Assembly (NCBI GenBank): GCA_965277805.1
Contig: OZ255842.1
Span: 1,696,001-1,760,000, forward strand
Direction of reading: 5' to 3'
Source of the DNA: Candidatus Lustribacter sp.
GTDB taxonomy: Bacteria; Vulcanimicrobiota; Vulcanimicrobiia; Vulcanimicrobiales; Vulcanimicrobiaceae
DNA: 64,000 nt
This document shows positions 9,963 through 19,279 of this stretch, piece by piece. Each line of letters starts with the position of its first letter. The first letter of the stretch is position 1. The translations under genes were made by a program, and so were the position numbers. A model generated the notes under the pieces. That model saw nothing but the letters and a program-made list of their open reading frames with translations. It had not been told where the DNA came from and searched no databases.

Positions 9963-11077
9963 TCGCAGCAGTGGGCCATGTGATCCGTTGGTTGCGCGGC
10001 ATCGAGGCGCCATAAATACACGGCTAACGCTCCGAAGATGAGGTTCAGCCAGAACGTGTAGTTGAACGAGAACAGCGTGAGGTCGTGGACGGCGTTCGGA
10101 TTGGGTTTCGGCACCAAGTGCAGCGCCGAGAACGCGCCGTCCATGACGATCGCCGAGAGCACCATCGTTACGAAGAACACGGCGAAGATGTACGCGGCCA
10201 TGCGCACGCCGTAGTAGGTGCGGTAGACGTCGAGTAGCGGCAGCACGATCAAGTCGGCGTAGATGAACGCCAGCACGCCGCCGAACGAGATGCCGCTCGC
10301 CCATAAAATCGCCGCCAGCGGCACGTTGCCGATCGAGCACACGAACGAGAGCATCGCGATCACCGGCCCGATGAGCGCATTCTCCACCAGTTGCGCGCCG
10401 GGCGGGCCGCCGGTGAGGAAGAGCGCGCGCCACGCAGCGTTGGGCACGAAGACACCGATCGCGCCGGCAATCAGGAAGCCGATCAGCAAGTCCTTGCGCA
10501 ACATCGAGAAATCCATCATGGCGTTCTGCGCCACGGCCACGCGGGTTGCCGGATCGCGCAAGCGCTCGAGCAGCGAACCGCCGCTCACTTCAGCCGAACC
10601 GTGATCGTGACCGCCGCCGGGATCGACGCGGGCGCGCGCCTCTTCAACGAGCGCCTTCGGATACGTCAACCGCACGAGCAGCGTCATCACGGCGATCAGG
10701 ACGAGGCCGCCCACCCATTCCGCCGCGGTGAACTGCCAGCCCATCAAGAGCCAGAGGATGATCCCGAGTTCCAGCACGAGGTTCGTCGACGAAAATAAGA
10801 ACGCGAGGCTTGGAACCAGCGCCGCGCCTTTTTTGAACAGCGTTCTGCTCATCGCGGCCGCGGCGTACGAACAGGACGAACTCGCGGCGCCGAAGCCCGT
10901 CGCGAGCGCGATTTCGCGGATGCCGTCGCGGCCGAGGAGCGCCTGCATCCGCTCTTTGGAAACGAGCGTTTGCACGAGGCCGGAGAGCGTGAAGCCGAGG
11001 ACGAGGCTCCACGCGACTTGCCAGATCATGCCCGCAGCCAGCAGCAGCGCCTGACCGAGAAGGGAGACGAACACCAT
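9959..11077 (-). CDS. Permease, DUF318/ArsP family (putative metal transport)
   Basis: ASSSCSYAA, SFVCSIGNVPLAA, His-rich loop HDH, C-terminal HCCD. Confidence 0.85.
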   Translation of the reverse strand: MVFVSLLGQALLLAAGMIWQVAWSLVLGFTLSGLVQTLVSKERMQALLGRDGIREIALATGFGAASSSCSYAAAAMSRTLFKKGAALVPSLAFLFSSTNLVLELGIILWLLMGWQFTAAEWVGGLVLIAVMTLLVRLTYPKALVEEARARVDPGGGHDHGSAEVSGGSLLERLRDPATRVAVAQNAMMDFSMLRKDLLIGFLIAGAIGVFVPNAAWRALFLTGGPPGAQLVENALIGPVIAMLSFVCSIGNVPLAAILWASGISFGGVLAFIYADLIVLPLLDVYRTYYGVRMAAYIFAVFFVTMVLSAIVMDGAFSALHLVPKPNPNAVHDLTLFSFNYTFWLNLIFGALAVYLWRLDAAQPTDHMAHCCD

Positions 11078-12042
11078 TACGAGGCTCGTCGTTCTCCTTT
11101 GCGCCGGTACATCGCCTGGTCCGCGCGCGCCGTCGCCCCCGCCAGATCGAGCGCCGCTTCGGTGCGCGCGTAGCCGATCGACACCTCGACGCCGGCGACG
11201 CGAAATGCCCCCGCGAGCCGTTCTCCGAGCACCGCGGCCTCCGTGCCGTCCGTTTCGACGGCGAGCAGCGCAAACTCATCGCCGCCGAGGCGGGCCGCCA
11301 CGTCGTGCTCGCGCGTGACGCTGCCGATCGCCTTCGCAGTCGCGATGATGGCGGCATCGCCGGCTTCGTGCCCGCGCTGGTCGTTGATCGTCTTCAAGCC
11401 GTCGATGTCCATGAAGAACACGGCGTGCTTGTGCCCATAGCGCCGGCCACGCGCTTGTTCGTGCGCGATCAGTTGCTCCCAGCCGCGCCGGTTGTAGAGT
11501 CCGGTTAGTTCGTCGACGAGCGCTTCGTTTTCGGCACGCTCGACGCGGCGTTCGAGCGCCTCCGCATGGAGCTGGCCACCAAGAATCGTGCTCAGCGTGC
11601 GCGCCGACGTGACGAGATGCGGCGTTTGCCGCGCGAGGTCTTCCGCTCCGGGCCTGGCGCTCATCCCGCACAGCACGCCGTATACGGCGCCGTTGATGAC
11701 CAGCGGGGCACCGGCATAGGTGCCGATCTGGCGCTGGCGCGCAATCGGGGCGCGTGCGTATGCCAGTACCTTCGAGATGTCGGGCGCGATGTTCGGGCCG
11801 TTACCCTGCAGCAATTCGTTGCAAATCGTCGCCTTGAGCGGCATGACGTCGCCGGCCTTGAAGTCGCCGTTGCCGTAGGAATGCAGCACGATCCACTCTT
11901 CTTCATGGACGCGCGTGACGAGCCACAGATCCAAACGCAAGAGTTGCTGCATCATCCGCAAAACGGCATCGGCCGCTTCGCCGAACGATTCGAACTTCTC
12001 GTACTCTGTCGGGGGGGCGGTCATCCGCTCGCCTGCAGTCAT
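11077..12042 (-). CDS. GAF-sensor diguanylate cyclase
   Basis: DELTGLYNRR, DIDGLKTINDQRGHEAGD, RLGGDEF; N-terminal GAF domain. Confidence 0.92.
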   Translation of the reverse strand: MTAGERMTAPPTEYEKFESFGEAADAVLRMMQQLLRLDLWLVTRVHEEEWIVLHSYGNGDFKAGDVMPLKATICNELLQGNGPNIAPDISKVLAYARAPIARQRQIGTYAGAPLVINGAVYGVLCGMSARPGAEDLARQTPHLVTSARTLSTILGGQLHAEALERRVERAENEALVDELTGLYNRRGWEQLIAHEQARGRRYGHKHAVFFMDIDGLKTINDQRGHEAGDAAIIATAKAIGSVTREHDVAARLGGDEFALLAVETDGTEAAVLGERLAGAFRVAGVEVSIGYARTEAALDLAGATARADQAMYRRKGERRAS

Positions 12043-12137
12043 GGCTCGCTTGTTCCCCCATTTAAGCAAAATCATACGGTGTCGTTTTCCGGCCTAAGGG
12101 GTATTACCGGAGGGTACTCAACCGACCGGAGATTTAT

Positions 12138-12545
12138 ATGCTCGACGCAGTCCTCGCCGCAATCAGCCTGCCGATCCTCGCCATGACCTCAGGCGCGTGT
12201 GCCGGTCCGACCATTACGAGCGCCGCGGCCTCGCAGGTCGGGACCAACGGCGACCTAACGACCTACGATGTCGCGATCCGGGTGAAGAATGCCGGTTCCG
12301 CCGGCGAACCGTCTTCGTTACTGCAGTCCGTCCAGGTCTTCCAGGATGCAACGAAGGTTGACCAAAAGGGCACGCCGCCGCTCGCCGCCGGTCAATCGGC
12401 GACGGTCCACTACCGTTTCTCGCGTTCATCGGAAGCCGCGGCGCGCTCGACGCATCTGCGTTTCATCCTGACGCTTTCTGACCCGCACGGCACGCCGTTC
12501 ACCGACTGCAGCTCGGGCGACAACGCCTACCGGCTCAACATCTGA
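12138..12545 (+). CDS. Secreted CARDB/Ig-like small protein
   Basis: GGAG RBS; hydrophobic N-terminus; IRVKNAG..PPLAAGQSATV; two Cys. Confidence 0.7.
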   Translation: MLDAVLAAISLPILAMTSGACAGPTITSAAASQVGTNGDLTTYDVAIRVKNAGSAGEPSSLLQSVQVFQDATKVDQKGTPPLAAGQSATVHYRFSRSSEAAARSTHLRFILTLSDPHGTPFTDCSSGDNAYRLNI

Positions 12546-12560
12546 GCCGCGAGCGGGAAC

Positions 12561-12761
12561 TCACTCTTCTTCGCGCACGACCCGCAGCATGCGGAGGTAC
12601 ATTTGCGCGACCACTTCGGCGGCCTTGGCGGGATCTTCCGTTTGCAGGCCGCCGATCGCGGTGAGCGTGCGGTCGGTCAGCGCGATTGCTTGCGAGCGCA
12701 GATCGGACTCGTCTTCGTAGACCTCGACGTCGTGCACGTCGCCGTTGCCGTTACCGTTCAT
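12561..12761 (-). CDS. Small acidic hypothetical protein
   Basis: ATGA overlap with the prolyl oligopeptidase stop; GGAG upstream. Confidence 0.65.
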   Translation of the reverse strand: MNGNGNGDVHDVEVYEDESDLRSQAIALTDRTLTAIGGLQTEDPAKAAEVVAQMYLRMLRVVREEE

Positions 12762-14839
12762 ACCGGCGTCTCCTTGACCGGAACGCCCAGCACCTTCACG
12801 AGGAAGGCAAAGCGGTCGGCGGCTTCATCGATGACTTTGCCGGTAGGCTTGCCGGCACCGTGTCCCGCCTTCGTCTCGATGCGGATCAGCACCGGCGCGT
12901 CACCGCCTTGCGCGGCTTGCAGCGCCGCGGCGAACTTGAACGAGTGCGCGGGAAACACGCGGTCGTCGTGATCGGCGGTGACGATCAGCGTCGGCGGGTA
13001 AGCCGTTCCCGGCTTGATGTTGTGCAACGGCGAGTACGCGCGCAAGTACTCGAAGGCCGCCGGATCGTCGGAAGAACCGTAGTCCGATGTCCAGGCCCAG
13101 CCGATCGTGAACTTCTGAAAGCGCAACATATCCATGACGCCGACGAGGGCGACGGCCGCACCGAAAAGATCCGGCCGCTGCGTGATCGAGGCACCGACCA
13201 GCAATCCGCCGTTGCTGCCGCCGATGATCGCGAGCTTGGGCGTGGACGTGTAACCATTGGCGATGAGGAACTCGGCGCCGGCGATGAAGTCGTCGAACAC
13301 GTTTTGCTTGCGCTCTTTCGTGCCGGCCAGGTGCCACTCTTCACCGTACTCGCCGCCGCCGCGCAGGTTGGCGACGGCGAATGCCCCGCCGAGCTCGAGC
13401 CACATGAGCGTCGTCGGTGAGAACGCCGGCGTGAGCGAGATGTTGAATCCGCCATAACCCGTCAGGATGGTCGGCGTGTTGCCGTCACGGGGCATGCCGG
13501 CCTTGCGCGTGATGATCATCGGGATGCGCGTGCCGTCTTTGCTCGTGTAAAACACCTGTTCGCTCTCGAACGCGTTCGAATCGAACGGCACCTTCGGTGC
13601 GAAGACGAGCTTGGATTCGCCCGTGATCAGATCGAGCCGGTACACCGATGACGGCGTCGTGTAGCTGGTGAACGCGTAGAAGGTTTCGGTGTCGGTTTGT
13701 TTTCCGCCGAACCCCGACGCCGTTCCGAGCCCCGGCAACGCAAGATCGCCGATCGGGTCTCCATCCGAAGAAACGCGGCGCACCACCGAGTGCGCGTCGT
13801 GCAAGTACGCGAGGATGAGCTGATCGCCGAAGAGCATCGCGCCTTCGAGTGAATCCGCGTTCTCCGCCACCACTTCGATGAGTTCGGGCGCAAGCACGCT
13901 CATGCGCGCGACGCGCCCGCGCGGCGCATCCTTGGTCGTAAGGAAGAAAAACGTACCGCCGATGTTGCCGGCGTAGCCGTAATTGGCATCGCCCTCGGCC
14001 AGCAACGGCACGATTTCGCTCCCCGGGACCTGCAAGTCACGTACGAACACGCGGTTGTTGGGATCGGTCCCTTGCGATGCGTTCACGACCAGCCAGTTGC
14101 CGTCGTCGGTGACAAATGCGGTTAGGTTCCAATCGGGATGATCGGGCCGCTCGTACACGAGCGTGTCGGCCGACTGGGGCGTGCCGATGCGGTGCAAGTA
14201 GACTTTCTGATCGTAGTTCTCGCCCTTGAATTCGGTCGACTCATCGGGCTCCGCGTAACGGCTGTAGAAAAACCCGCTGCCGTCGTACAGCCATGCAGCG
14301 CCGGAGAATTTGCTCCAGCGGATCTCGTCCTCGAGGTCGGTGCGCGTCGCAACGTCGCGCACGCGCCAGGTGAGCCAATCCGATCCGGACGCCGAGGTGG
14401 CGTAGGCCATGTAACGGCCGTCTTCGCTAAACGACATTCCAGTGAGCGCGATCGTACCGTCGCTCGAGAGCGTGTTCGGGTCGATCAACACCTCGGCCGG
14501 GCCGGTCAGCGTGGGTGCTACGTAAACGACGCCTTGATTCTGCAGCCCGCTGTTCTTCGTGTAGACGTACTGCTTGCCGACGCGCCGCGGCAGCCCGAAC
14601 CGCTCGTAGTCCCACAGTTCGGTCAGTCGCCGATGAATGAACGGCCGCTCGGGAATTGCCGCGAGAAACTGATCCGTCAGCGCGGCTTCCGAAGCGATCC
14701 ATTGCTGGGTCGCCGGAGCCATTCCATCTTCGAGTATCCGGTAGGGATCGGCAACGTCCCGGCCATGGTAGCTATCGACCACATCGCCTTGCGGAGCTAC
14801 GGGATATTTGGACATCAGCCCAGGAGAAGACTCACCCAT
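12758..14839 (-). CDS. Prolyl oligopeptidase (S9A)
   Basis: DPYRILED, NLRGGGEYG, GGSNGG, DHDDRV, AGHGAGKP. Confidence 0.96.
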   Translation of the reverse strand: MGESSPGLMSKYPVAPQGDVVDSYHGRDVADPYRILEDGMAPATQQWIASEAALTDQFLAAIPERPFIHRRLTELWDYERFGLPRRVGKQYVYTKNSGLQNQGVVYVAPTLTGPAEVLIDPNTLSSDGTIALTGMSFSEDGRYMAYATSASGSDWLTWRVRDVATRTDLEDEIRWSKFSGAAWLYDGSGFFYSRYAEPDESTEFKGENYDQKVYLHRIGTPQSADTLVYERPDHPDWNLTAFVTDDGNWLVVNASQGTDPNNRVFVRDLQVPGSEIVPLLAEGDANYGYAGNIGGTFFFLTTKDAPRGRVARMSVLAPELIEVVAENADSLEGAMLFGDQLILAYLHDAHSVVRRVSSDGDPIGDLALPGLGTASGFGGKQTDTETFYAFTSYTTPSSVYRLDLITGESKLVFAPKVPFDSNAFESEQVFYTSKDGTRIPMIITRKAGMPRDGNTPTILTGYGGFNISLTPAFSPTTLMWLELGGAFAVANLRGGGEYGEEWHLAGTKERKQNVFDDFIAGAEFLIANGYTSTPKLAIIGGSNGGLLVGASITQRPDLFGAAVALVGVMDMLRFQKFTIGWAWTSDYGSSDDPAAFEYLRAYSPLHNIKPGTAYPPTLIVTADHDDRVFPAHSFKFAAALQAAQGGDAPVLIRIETKAGHGAGKPTGKVIDEAADRFAFLVKVLGVPVKETPV

Positions 14840-14914
14840 GAACTTGCTTACTCTTCGCTGTGGCGTTGCGCTCCTGTTCCATCACGACAAGCAGTGCCCA
14901 CGAAAGGCCCGTTT

Positions 14915-16129
14915 TTGCTCGAAACGCTGATTGCGCCGGTCGAGATCGAGACGTTCCTGGCCGAATTCTGGGAACGCGCGCCGCTGCACGTGCCCCGCAG
15001 CGCGCCGGGCTACTTCGCCGATCTCTACGACGTTTCCGACATCGAGGAATCGCTCGTTGTGGGCGCCCGCGATCTCGACCGCTTCGCACTGGTCAAAGCG
15101 GGCGCTCCACAGGCCGCCCTCGACGACTACGTCGTGACGAGTCCCGCCATCCGCTGGAAATCCACCGGCAAAGGGCCGACGGCGCACGTCGACCCGCGCA
15201 AGGTCGCCGCTCTGCTGGAGGGGGGCTACACGCTCGTCATCAAGGATGCGGCCCTCCTGAGCGCGCGCTTGCAGCGGACGTGCAATCGCCTGCAGCGCGA
15301 ACTCGGCGCGTACGTCGGCGCGAACGTGTACTTCACGCCTGCCGGCGCGCAAGGTCTGGACGTGCATCACGATACGCACGATACGCTAACGGTCCAAATC
15401 GAAGGCAGCAAAACGTGGCGCGTCTACGAACCGCTGGTCGAGCTGCCGCTCGAGTCGCAGCAACTGCATCGCGGGACGCAGATCCCGCCGCTCACGCTGC
15501 ACAGCGAAGTGTCCCTCGACGCCGGCGAAACGCTCTATCTTCCGCGCGGCTACGCCCATGAGGCCATCGCGACGGGCGAGCGCGCCCTGCACGTAACATT
15601 TGCCCTCGCACCGCTCCGCGCGATCGACCTGCTTCACGAAGTGCTCGACGTTGCGGCGACCGGCGATGTTACGCTGCGCCGTGCGCTTCCCATGCGCTGG
15701 CACGACGATCCGGCATTTGCTGTAAGATTCGCGCAGCAAGCGGCAACGCAGCTTGGCGCAATCGACTCCGACATCGTCGCCGAAGCGGCGCAGAGCGCGC
15801 TCACGGGTCTCTTCGCGTCGTCCCGCAGCGAGGCGAACGCGGCGTTCGATCAGCAGCAGTTCGTGGCCAAGCTCGGGCCCGAATCCGTCCTTCGCGTCAA
15901 CGAAGATCTGCCGTTTCTGCTGCGCGAGCGCGCCAATGGTGTCGACGTGCTGCTGCCCGGAAAGATGCTTGGCTTATCCGCCGCCTGCCTACCGGCGCTG
16001 CGAGCACTGCAAGCAGGCCCGGTCCGATACGCCGATCTCGCCCCCGGGCTCAGCCGGAACGACCGGCAACTGTTCGTGAAAGCGCTCGCGCGCGAGGGGA
16101 TGCTGCTGGTCGAAGACACCCGGCATTAA
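14915..16129 (+). CDS. JmjC/cupin_4 2-oxoglutarate-Fe(II) oxygenase (ROX/YcfD-like)
   Basis: FLAEFWERAPLH, ANVYFTP..QGLDVHHDTHD, QIEGSKTW, GETLYLPRGYAH; TTG start inferred. Confidence 0.88.
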   Translation: MLETLIAPVEIETFLAEFWERAPLHVPRSAPGYFADLYDVSDIEESLVVGARDLDRFALVKAGAPQAALDDYVVTSPAIRWKSTGKGPTAHVDPRKVAALLEGGYTLVIKDAALLSARLQRTCNRLQRELGAYVGANVYFTPAGAQGLDVHHDTHDTLTVQIEGSKTWRVYEPLVELPLESQQLHRGTQIPPLTLHSEVSLDAGETLYLPRGYAHEAIATGERALHVTFALAPLRAIDLLHEVLDVAATGDVTLRRALPMRWHDDPAFAVRFAQQAATQLGAIDSDIVAEAAQSALTGLFASSRSEANAAFDQQQFVAKLGPESVLRVNEDLPFLLRERANGVDVLLPGKMLGLSAACLPALRALQAGPVRYADLAPGLSRNDRQLFVKALAREGMLLVEDTRH

Positions 16130-16171
16130 GGAAAGTCACCCAAGCCCAGCGAATGCACGGACCGGCGCTTC

Positions 16172-16244
16172 GGGGACGTAGCTCAGTTGGTAGAGCGCCG
16201 CGTTTGCAACGCGGATGTCAGGGGTTCGAATCCCCTCGTCTCCA
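16172..16244 (+). tRNA. tRNA-Ala(TGC), CCA not encoded
   Basis: Cloverleaf GGGGACG/CGTCTCC with G3:U70; anticodon loop TT-TGC-AA; GTTCGAA T-loop. Confidence 0.97.
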
Positions 16245-16248
16245 CAAA

Positions 16249-16273
16249 TGTCATCCCGAGCTTGGCGAGGGAC
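16249..16273 (+). repeat. REP-like palindrome copy 1 (TGTCATCCCGAGCTTGGCGAGGGAC)
   Basis: Near-identical to copies at 16870, 21811, 46609 and 57972. Confidence 0.9.
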
Positions 16274-16300
16274 AGCGACAACCCCGCCATCCGCCGCTAT

Positions 16301-16326
16301 TCGTCCCGAGCGCAGCCGAGGGACGA
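16301..16326 (+). repeat. Divergent REP-like hairpin TCGTCCC-GAGCGCAGCCGA-GGGACGA
   Basis: Shares the TCCCGAGC...CGAGGGAC core; perfect 7-bp stem. Confidence 0.6.
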
Positions 16327-16353
16327 GCCGCAACCGCAAACGAACGACCCGAC

Positions 16354-16893
16354 GTGGCGGAACTGGTCGTGATTCATTCAGCCCGATTACAGCTGAGTGA
16401 ATTTCAAATGAGTGATGCTGAGGACGTCTTCGCTTGCATCACGCCGGCGATCACGCGGTTTATGTTTTGGGACCCGCCCGAATCTTTTGCGGCATACAAG
16501 TCAAGACGCGAATCATCGCTACGTCCCGAAAACAGAAATGGCTTCTCGTTCGTCATTCGACGGCGCGATAGCAAGCAATGCATCGGCATCACCGACGTGA
16601 CCGAACTCGACTCCGATGCACCCGAACTCGGGATTTGGCTCAAAGAACCGGCCCATCGCCAAGGATACGGCGGCGAAGCTATCAGACCTTTGGCAACGTG
16701 GGCAGCGAAGGCGCTAAACAAGCAGCGCTTTCGTTATTCCGCAGCCACCGAGAACGTTCCGAGCCGGCGGATCGCCGAGTCTCTTGGCGGAAAAATCATC
16801 GGGAATCGCACAAGTCCCAAGTACGATTCCGTCGTTTACGAGATCTCGTGGAATCTTTCGGCCGGTGTCGGTCCCTCGACAAGCGCGGGATGA
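16354..16893 (+). CDS. RimJ/RimL-type GNAT N-acetyltransferase
   Basis: PELGIWLKEPAHRQGYGGEA, ENVPSRRIAESLGG; visibly more AT-rich than neighbours; stop lies inside the repeat. Confidence 0.88.
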   Translation: MAELVVIHSARLQLSEFQMSDAEDVFACITPAITRFMFWDPPESFAAYKSRRESSLRPENRNGFSFVIRRRDSKQCIGITDVTELDSDAPELGIWLKEPAHRQGYGGEAIRPLATWAAKALNKQRFRYSAATENVPSRRIAESLGGKIIGNRTSPKYDSVVYEISWNLSAGVGPSTSAG

Positions 16894-16895
16894 CA
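16870..16895 (-). repeat. REP-like palindrome copy 2, inverted relative to copy 1
   Basis: Reverse complement reads TGTCATCCCGCGCTTGTCGAGGGACC. Confidence 0.9.
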
Positions 16896-16898
16896 ACG

Positions 16899-17843
16899 CT
16901 ATGTGCGGAGGGCGGGGTCTATCATTTCTTTAGCATCGAAGCGGGTGGGGATGATTTTGTATTTCACGGCGAGGTCGACGATCGGTTGAATTTGGGCGGG
17001 GTCGAGTTTCGTGCCGCAGGTGACGCGCGTCATGTGCGTGATGTCTTCGGGTGACACGCTCGTGAATTTCGAGATCAAGTCGACCGTTTCGGCCAGGTGC
17101 GTGTTCGTGTAGGCCGACGCTTCGGCGACGCTCTTCGCGAAGCGCGCGACGACGTCGGGGTTCTTCGTCACGTAATCCATCGAGCAGAAATACCCGGCTT
17201 GCAGGTAGTATTTGCCGACCGAATCGCACGTCCACGCGAACACGCGTGCCTTCTTCGTGTTGAGCGTCGCGGCCAGCAACGGATTCGCAAAGGTGGCGGC
17301 ATCGGTGCGGCCCGCTAAGAGCGCTGCGGAGGCAGCTGACGGCGAGAGCTCGATGTACTTGATGCTGTTGGAATCGCCGCCGTGCTCGTCGATCCAGTTC
17401 ATGAACGCGACCTGCAAGAAGCCTTTGAGGCTCTGCACGGAGACCGTCTTGCCGTTGAGATCGCGCGCGGTCTTGATCGGAGAATCGCTGCGCACGAGCG
17501 TCCCGGCAACCGGGGCGGACGAATCGTACATCGAGGCCGGCGCGACGAGCGTGAGCGGAATGCCCTTCGCGTGCCCGCCGATGAGCCCGAGCAAACTGCC
17601 CTTACCGACATCGATCGAACCGCCGAGCACGCCGGACGTGGTCGCAGCACCGCTATTCGCGGCCGTGACCGTAACGTCGAGACCGTTGCGCCGGAAGATC
17701 CCGCTCGCCGCACCGTAGAGACACGCCACCGCATCTTCATCGGGCGATGTGAAAACGCTCATCGGGGTCAGGGACTGCGCCCGCGCGAGCGCGGGAACCA
17801 ACGTTGCGGCAGCCGCGCCGGCAAGAAACCCTCGACGAATCAT
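16899..17843 (-). CDS. NitT/TauT ABC substrate-binding protein, Tat signal
   Basis: MIRRGFLAGAAAA; FRRNGLDVTV, GGSIDVG, DLNGKTV. Confidence 0.88.
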   Translation of the reverse strand: MIRRGFLAGAAAATLVPALARAQSLTPMSVFTSPDEDAVACLYGAASGIFRRNGLDVTVTAANSGAATTSGVLGGSIDVGKGSLLGLIGGHAKGIPLTLVAPASMYDSSAPVAGTLVRSDSPIKTARDLNGKTVSVQSLKGFLQVAFMNWIDEHGGDSNSIKYIELSPSAASAALLAGRTDAATFANPLLAATLNTKKARVFAWTCDSVGKYYLQAGYFCSMDYVTKNPDVVARFAKSVAEASAYTNTHLAETVDLISKFTSVSPEDITHMTRVTCGTKLDPAQIQPIVDLAVKYKIIPTRFDAKEMIDPALRT

Positions 17844-17901
17844 TTTTCCGCGTTCGTCCGGCGCGAAAAGGAACTCCTTTCCAGTCACGCAATTTTTCAG
17901 C

Positions 17902-18708
17902 GTGTTCACCAAGATCAATCACCTGGCCATCATCAGCGACAACTACACGACCTCGGCCAAGTTTTACGAGGCGATGTTCGGGATGAGCACCTCGCCGGGA
18001 ACTCGGTCGGAGCGCGCGATGACGGTCGGCGACGGCTATCTCGGACTCAACATCAACCCGCGCAGCACGGGACGCCCGGCACGGCTCGATCACTTCGGCG
18101 TCGAGGTCGAGGATGTCGAGCGCGTCTTCGCCACGCTGCGCCGCAGTTATCCGCAGGTTAACTGGCTGCAGCGCCCGTCGAACCGCCCGTTTGCCGGCAT
18201 TACGACGCACGATCCCGACGGCAACGTGTTCGACCTCTCGCAAAAGGACATGAGCAATCGCGCCGGCGTGTACGCCGACGGACCACACGCGCGGCATGAG
18301 CGGCACGTCGACCACTTCGGGCTGCGCACGCTGCACCCCGACGCACTCGCCACGTTCTATGCCGATATCCTCGAACTCGAACGCGTGCCGGCGTCAGACG
18401 GCGATCCGAGCCACTACCTCACCGACGGCCAGATCACGCTCGTGATCGCACCCTGGAACATCGCCGATTACGCCGGCACCAGCATCACGGCGCCGTGCGT
18501 CGACCACATCGGCTTCCGCGTCGGCGACGTCGAGGCGTTTCTGGGGCACGTCGACAAACTGGCGTCGGAAAACCGCCAGATCGCGCCCTATCCGGTCGGC
18601 AGCGGTCCCGAAGGCAAAGCCCGGCTCGAACTCGCGCAACGCAATTGCCGGCTCTGCACGCGCTACATCGCCGACACCGATACGGTACTCTTGGGTTTGC
18701 GCCCCTAG
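17902..18708 (+). CDS. Two-domain VOC (glyoxalase/extradiol dioxygenase-like) protein
   Basis: INHLAI, LDHFGVEVED, HDPDGNVFDL, VDHFGL, VDHIGFRV. Confidence 0.85.
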   Translation: MFTKINHLAIISDNYTTSAKFYEAMFGMSTSPGTRSERAMTVGDGYLGLNINPRSTGRPARLDHFGVEVEDVERVFATLRRSYPQVNWLQRPSNRPFAGITTHDPDGNVFDLSQKDMSNRAGVYADGPHARHERHVDHFGLRTLHPDALATFYADILELERVPASDGDPSHYLTDGQITLVIAPWNIADYAGTSITAPCVDHIGFRVGDVEAFLGHVDKLASENRQIAPYPVGSGPEGKARLELAQRNCRLCTRYIADTDTVLLGLRP

Positions 18709-19034
18709 CGGCGCGGCGGCATGCCGAGTTGCACGCCCATCGGCGGATCCCCGACTCCCGAGTAGTTGCGGCCGCTTAGCCAATCCAGTTCGGCTTGCGG
18801 CACGTTGGCCGCGACCCAGTCCTTGTGAACGCGCATCACGAGCAGTTTGTCCGTCGGGCGCAACACCGTCACGAGTTTTTCGGAGATCTGGGTGTTGTTG
18901 AGTTCGGTTTCGACGATCCAGGCAAACTTTTGAAACTGGTAGGCGTCGCCCATCTCCTTGATCGCGATTTGCAGCCGGGCGGTCTCATCCGGCAAACGCA
19001 ATCCTGGCAACTCCAACGCAATGTAGTGGACCAC
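18705..19034 (-). CDS. Small hypothetical protein resembling stand-alone Cas2/VapD-like ferredoxin-fold proteins
   Basis: Pattern YIALEL..LQIAIKEMG..AWIVETELNNTQISEKL..DKLLVMRV..DW; family assignment by eye. Confidence 0.55.
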   Translation of the reverse strand: MVHYIALELPGLRLPDETARLQIAIKEMGDAYQFQKFAWIVETELNNTQISEKLVTVLRPTDKLLVMRVHKDWVAANVPQAELDWLSGRNYSGVGDPPMGVQLGMPPRR

Positions 19035-19196
19035 CGAACACACCGCCTTTCGCGTGCTGACTTCTCGCTCTCCGGGCCGATTCCGGTACCAGCAAGCGTC
19101 CGGCGACCTTCCCGCCGGCAATCGTGAACTCAGTCACGGCCGTGCGCGTGCAGGGCAGCGGCGATAGTGGGCGCGAATGGTCGGCGGTTCGGTCGC

Positions 19197-19272
19197 GGGG
19201 GCATAGCTCAGCTGGTAGAGCACTTGCATGGCATGCAAGGGGTCAGGAGTTCGAATCTCCTTGCCTCCACCA
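19197..19272 (+). tRNA. tRNA-Ala(GGC), CCA encoded
   Basis: GGGGGCA/TGCCTCC with G3:U70; loop AT-GGC-AT; ends ACCA. Confidence 0.97.
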
Positions 19273-19279
19273 TCGAATC

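Noticed and set aside
15511-15520. GTCCCTCGAC match to the repeat inside the JmjC gene (also GTCGAGGGACC at 27606-27616)
   Set aside because: Only 10-11 nt, lacks the other arm and lies in conserved coding sequence; likely chance.
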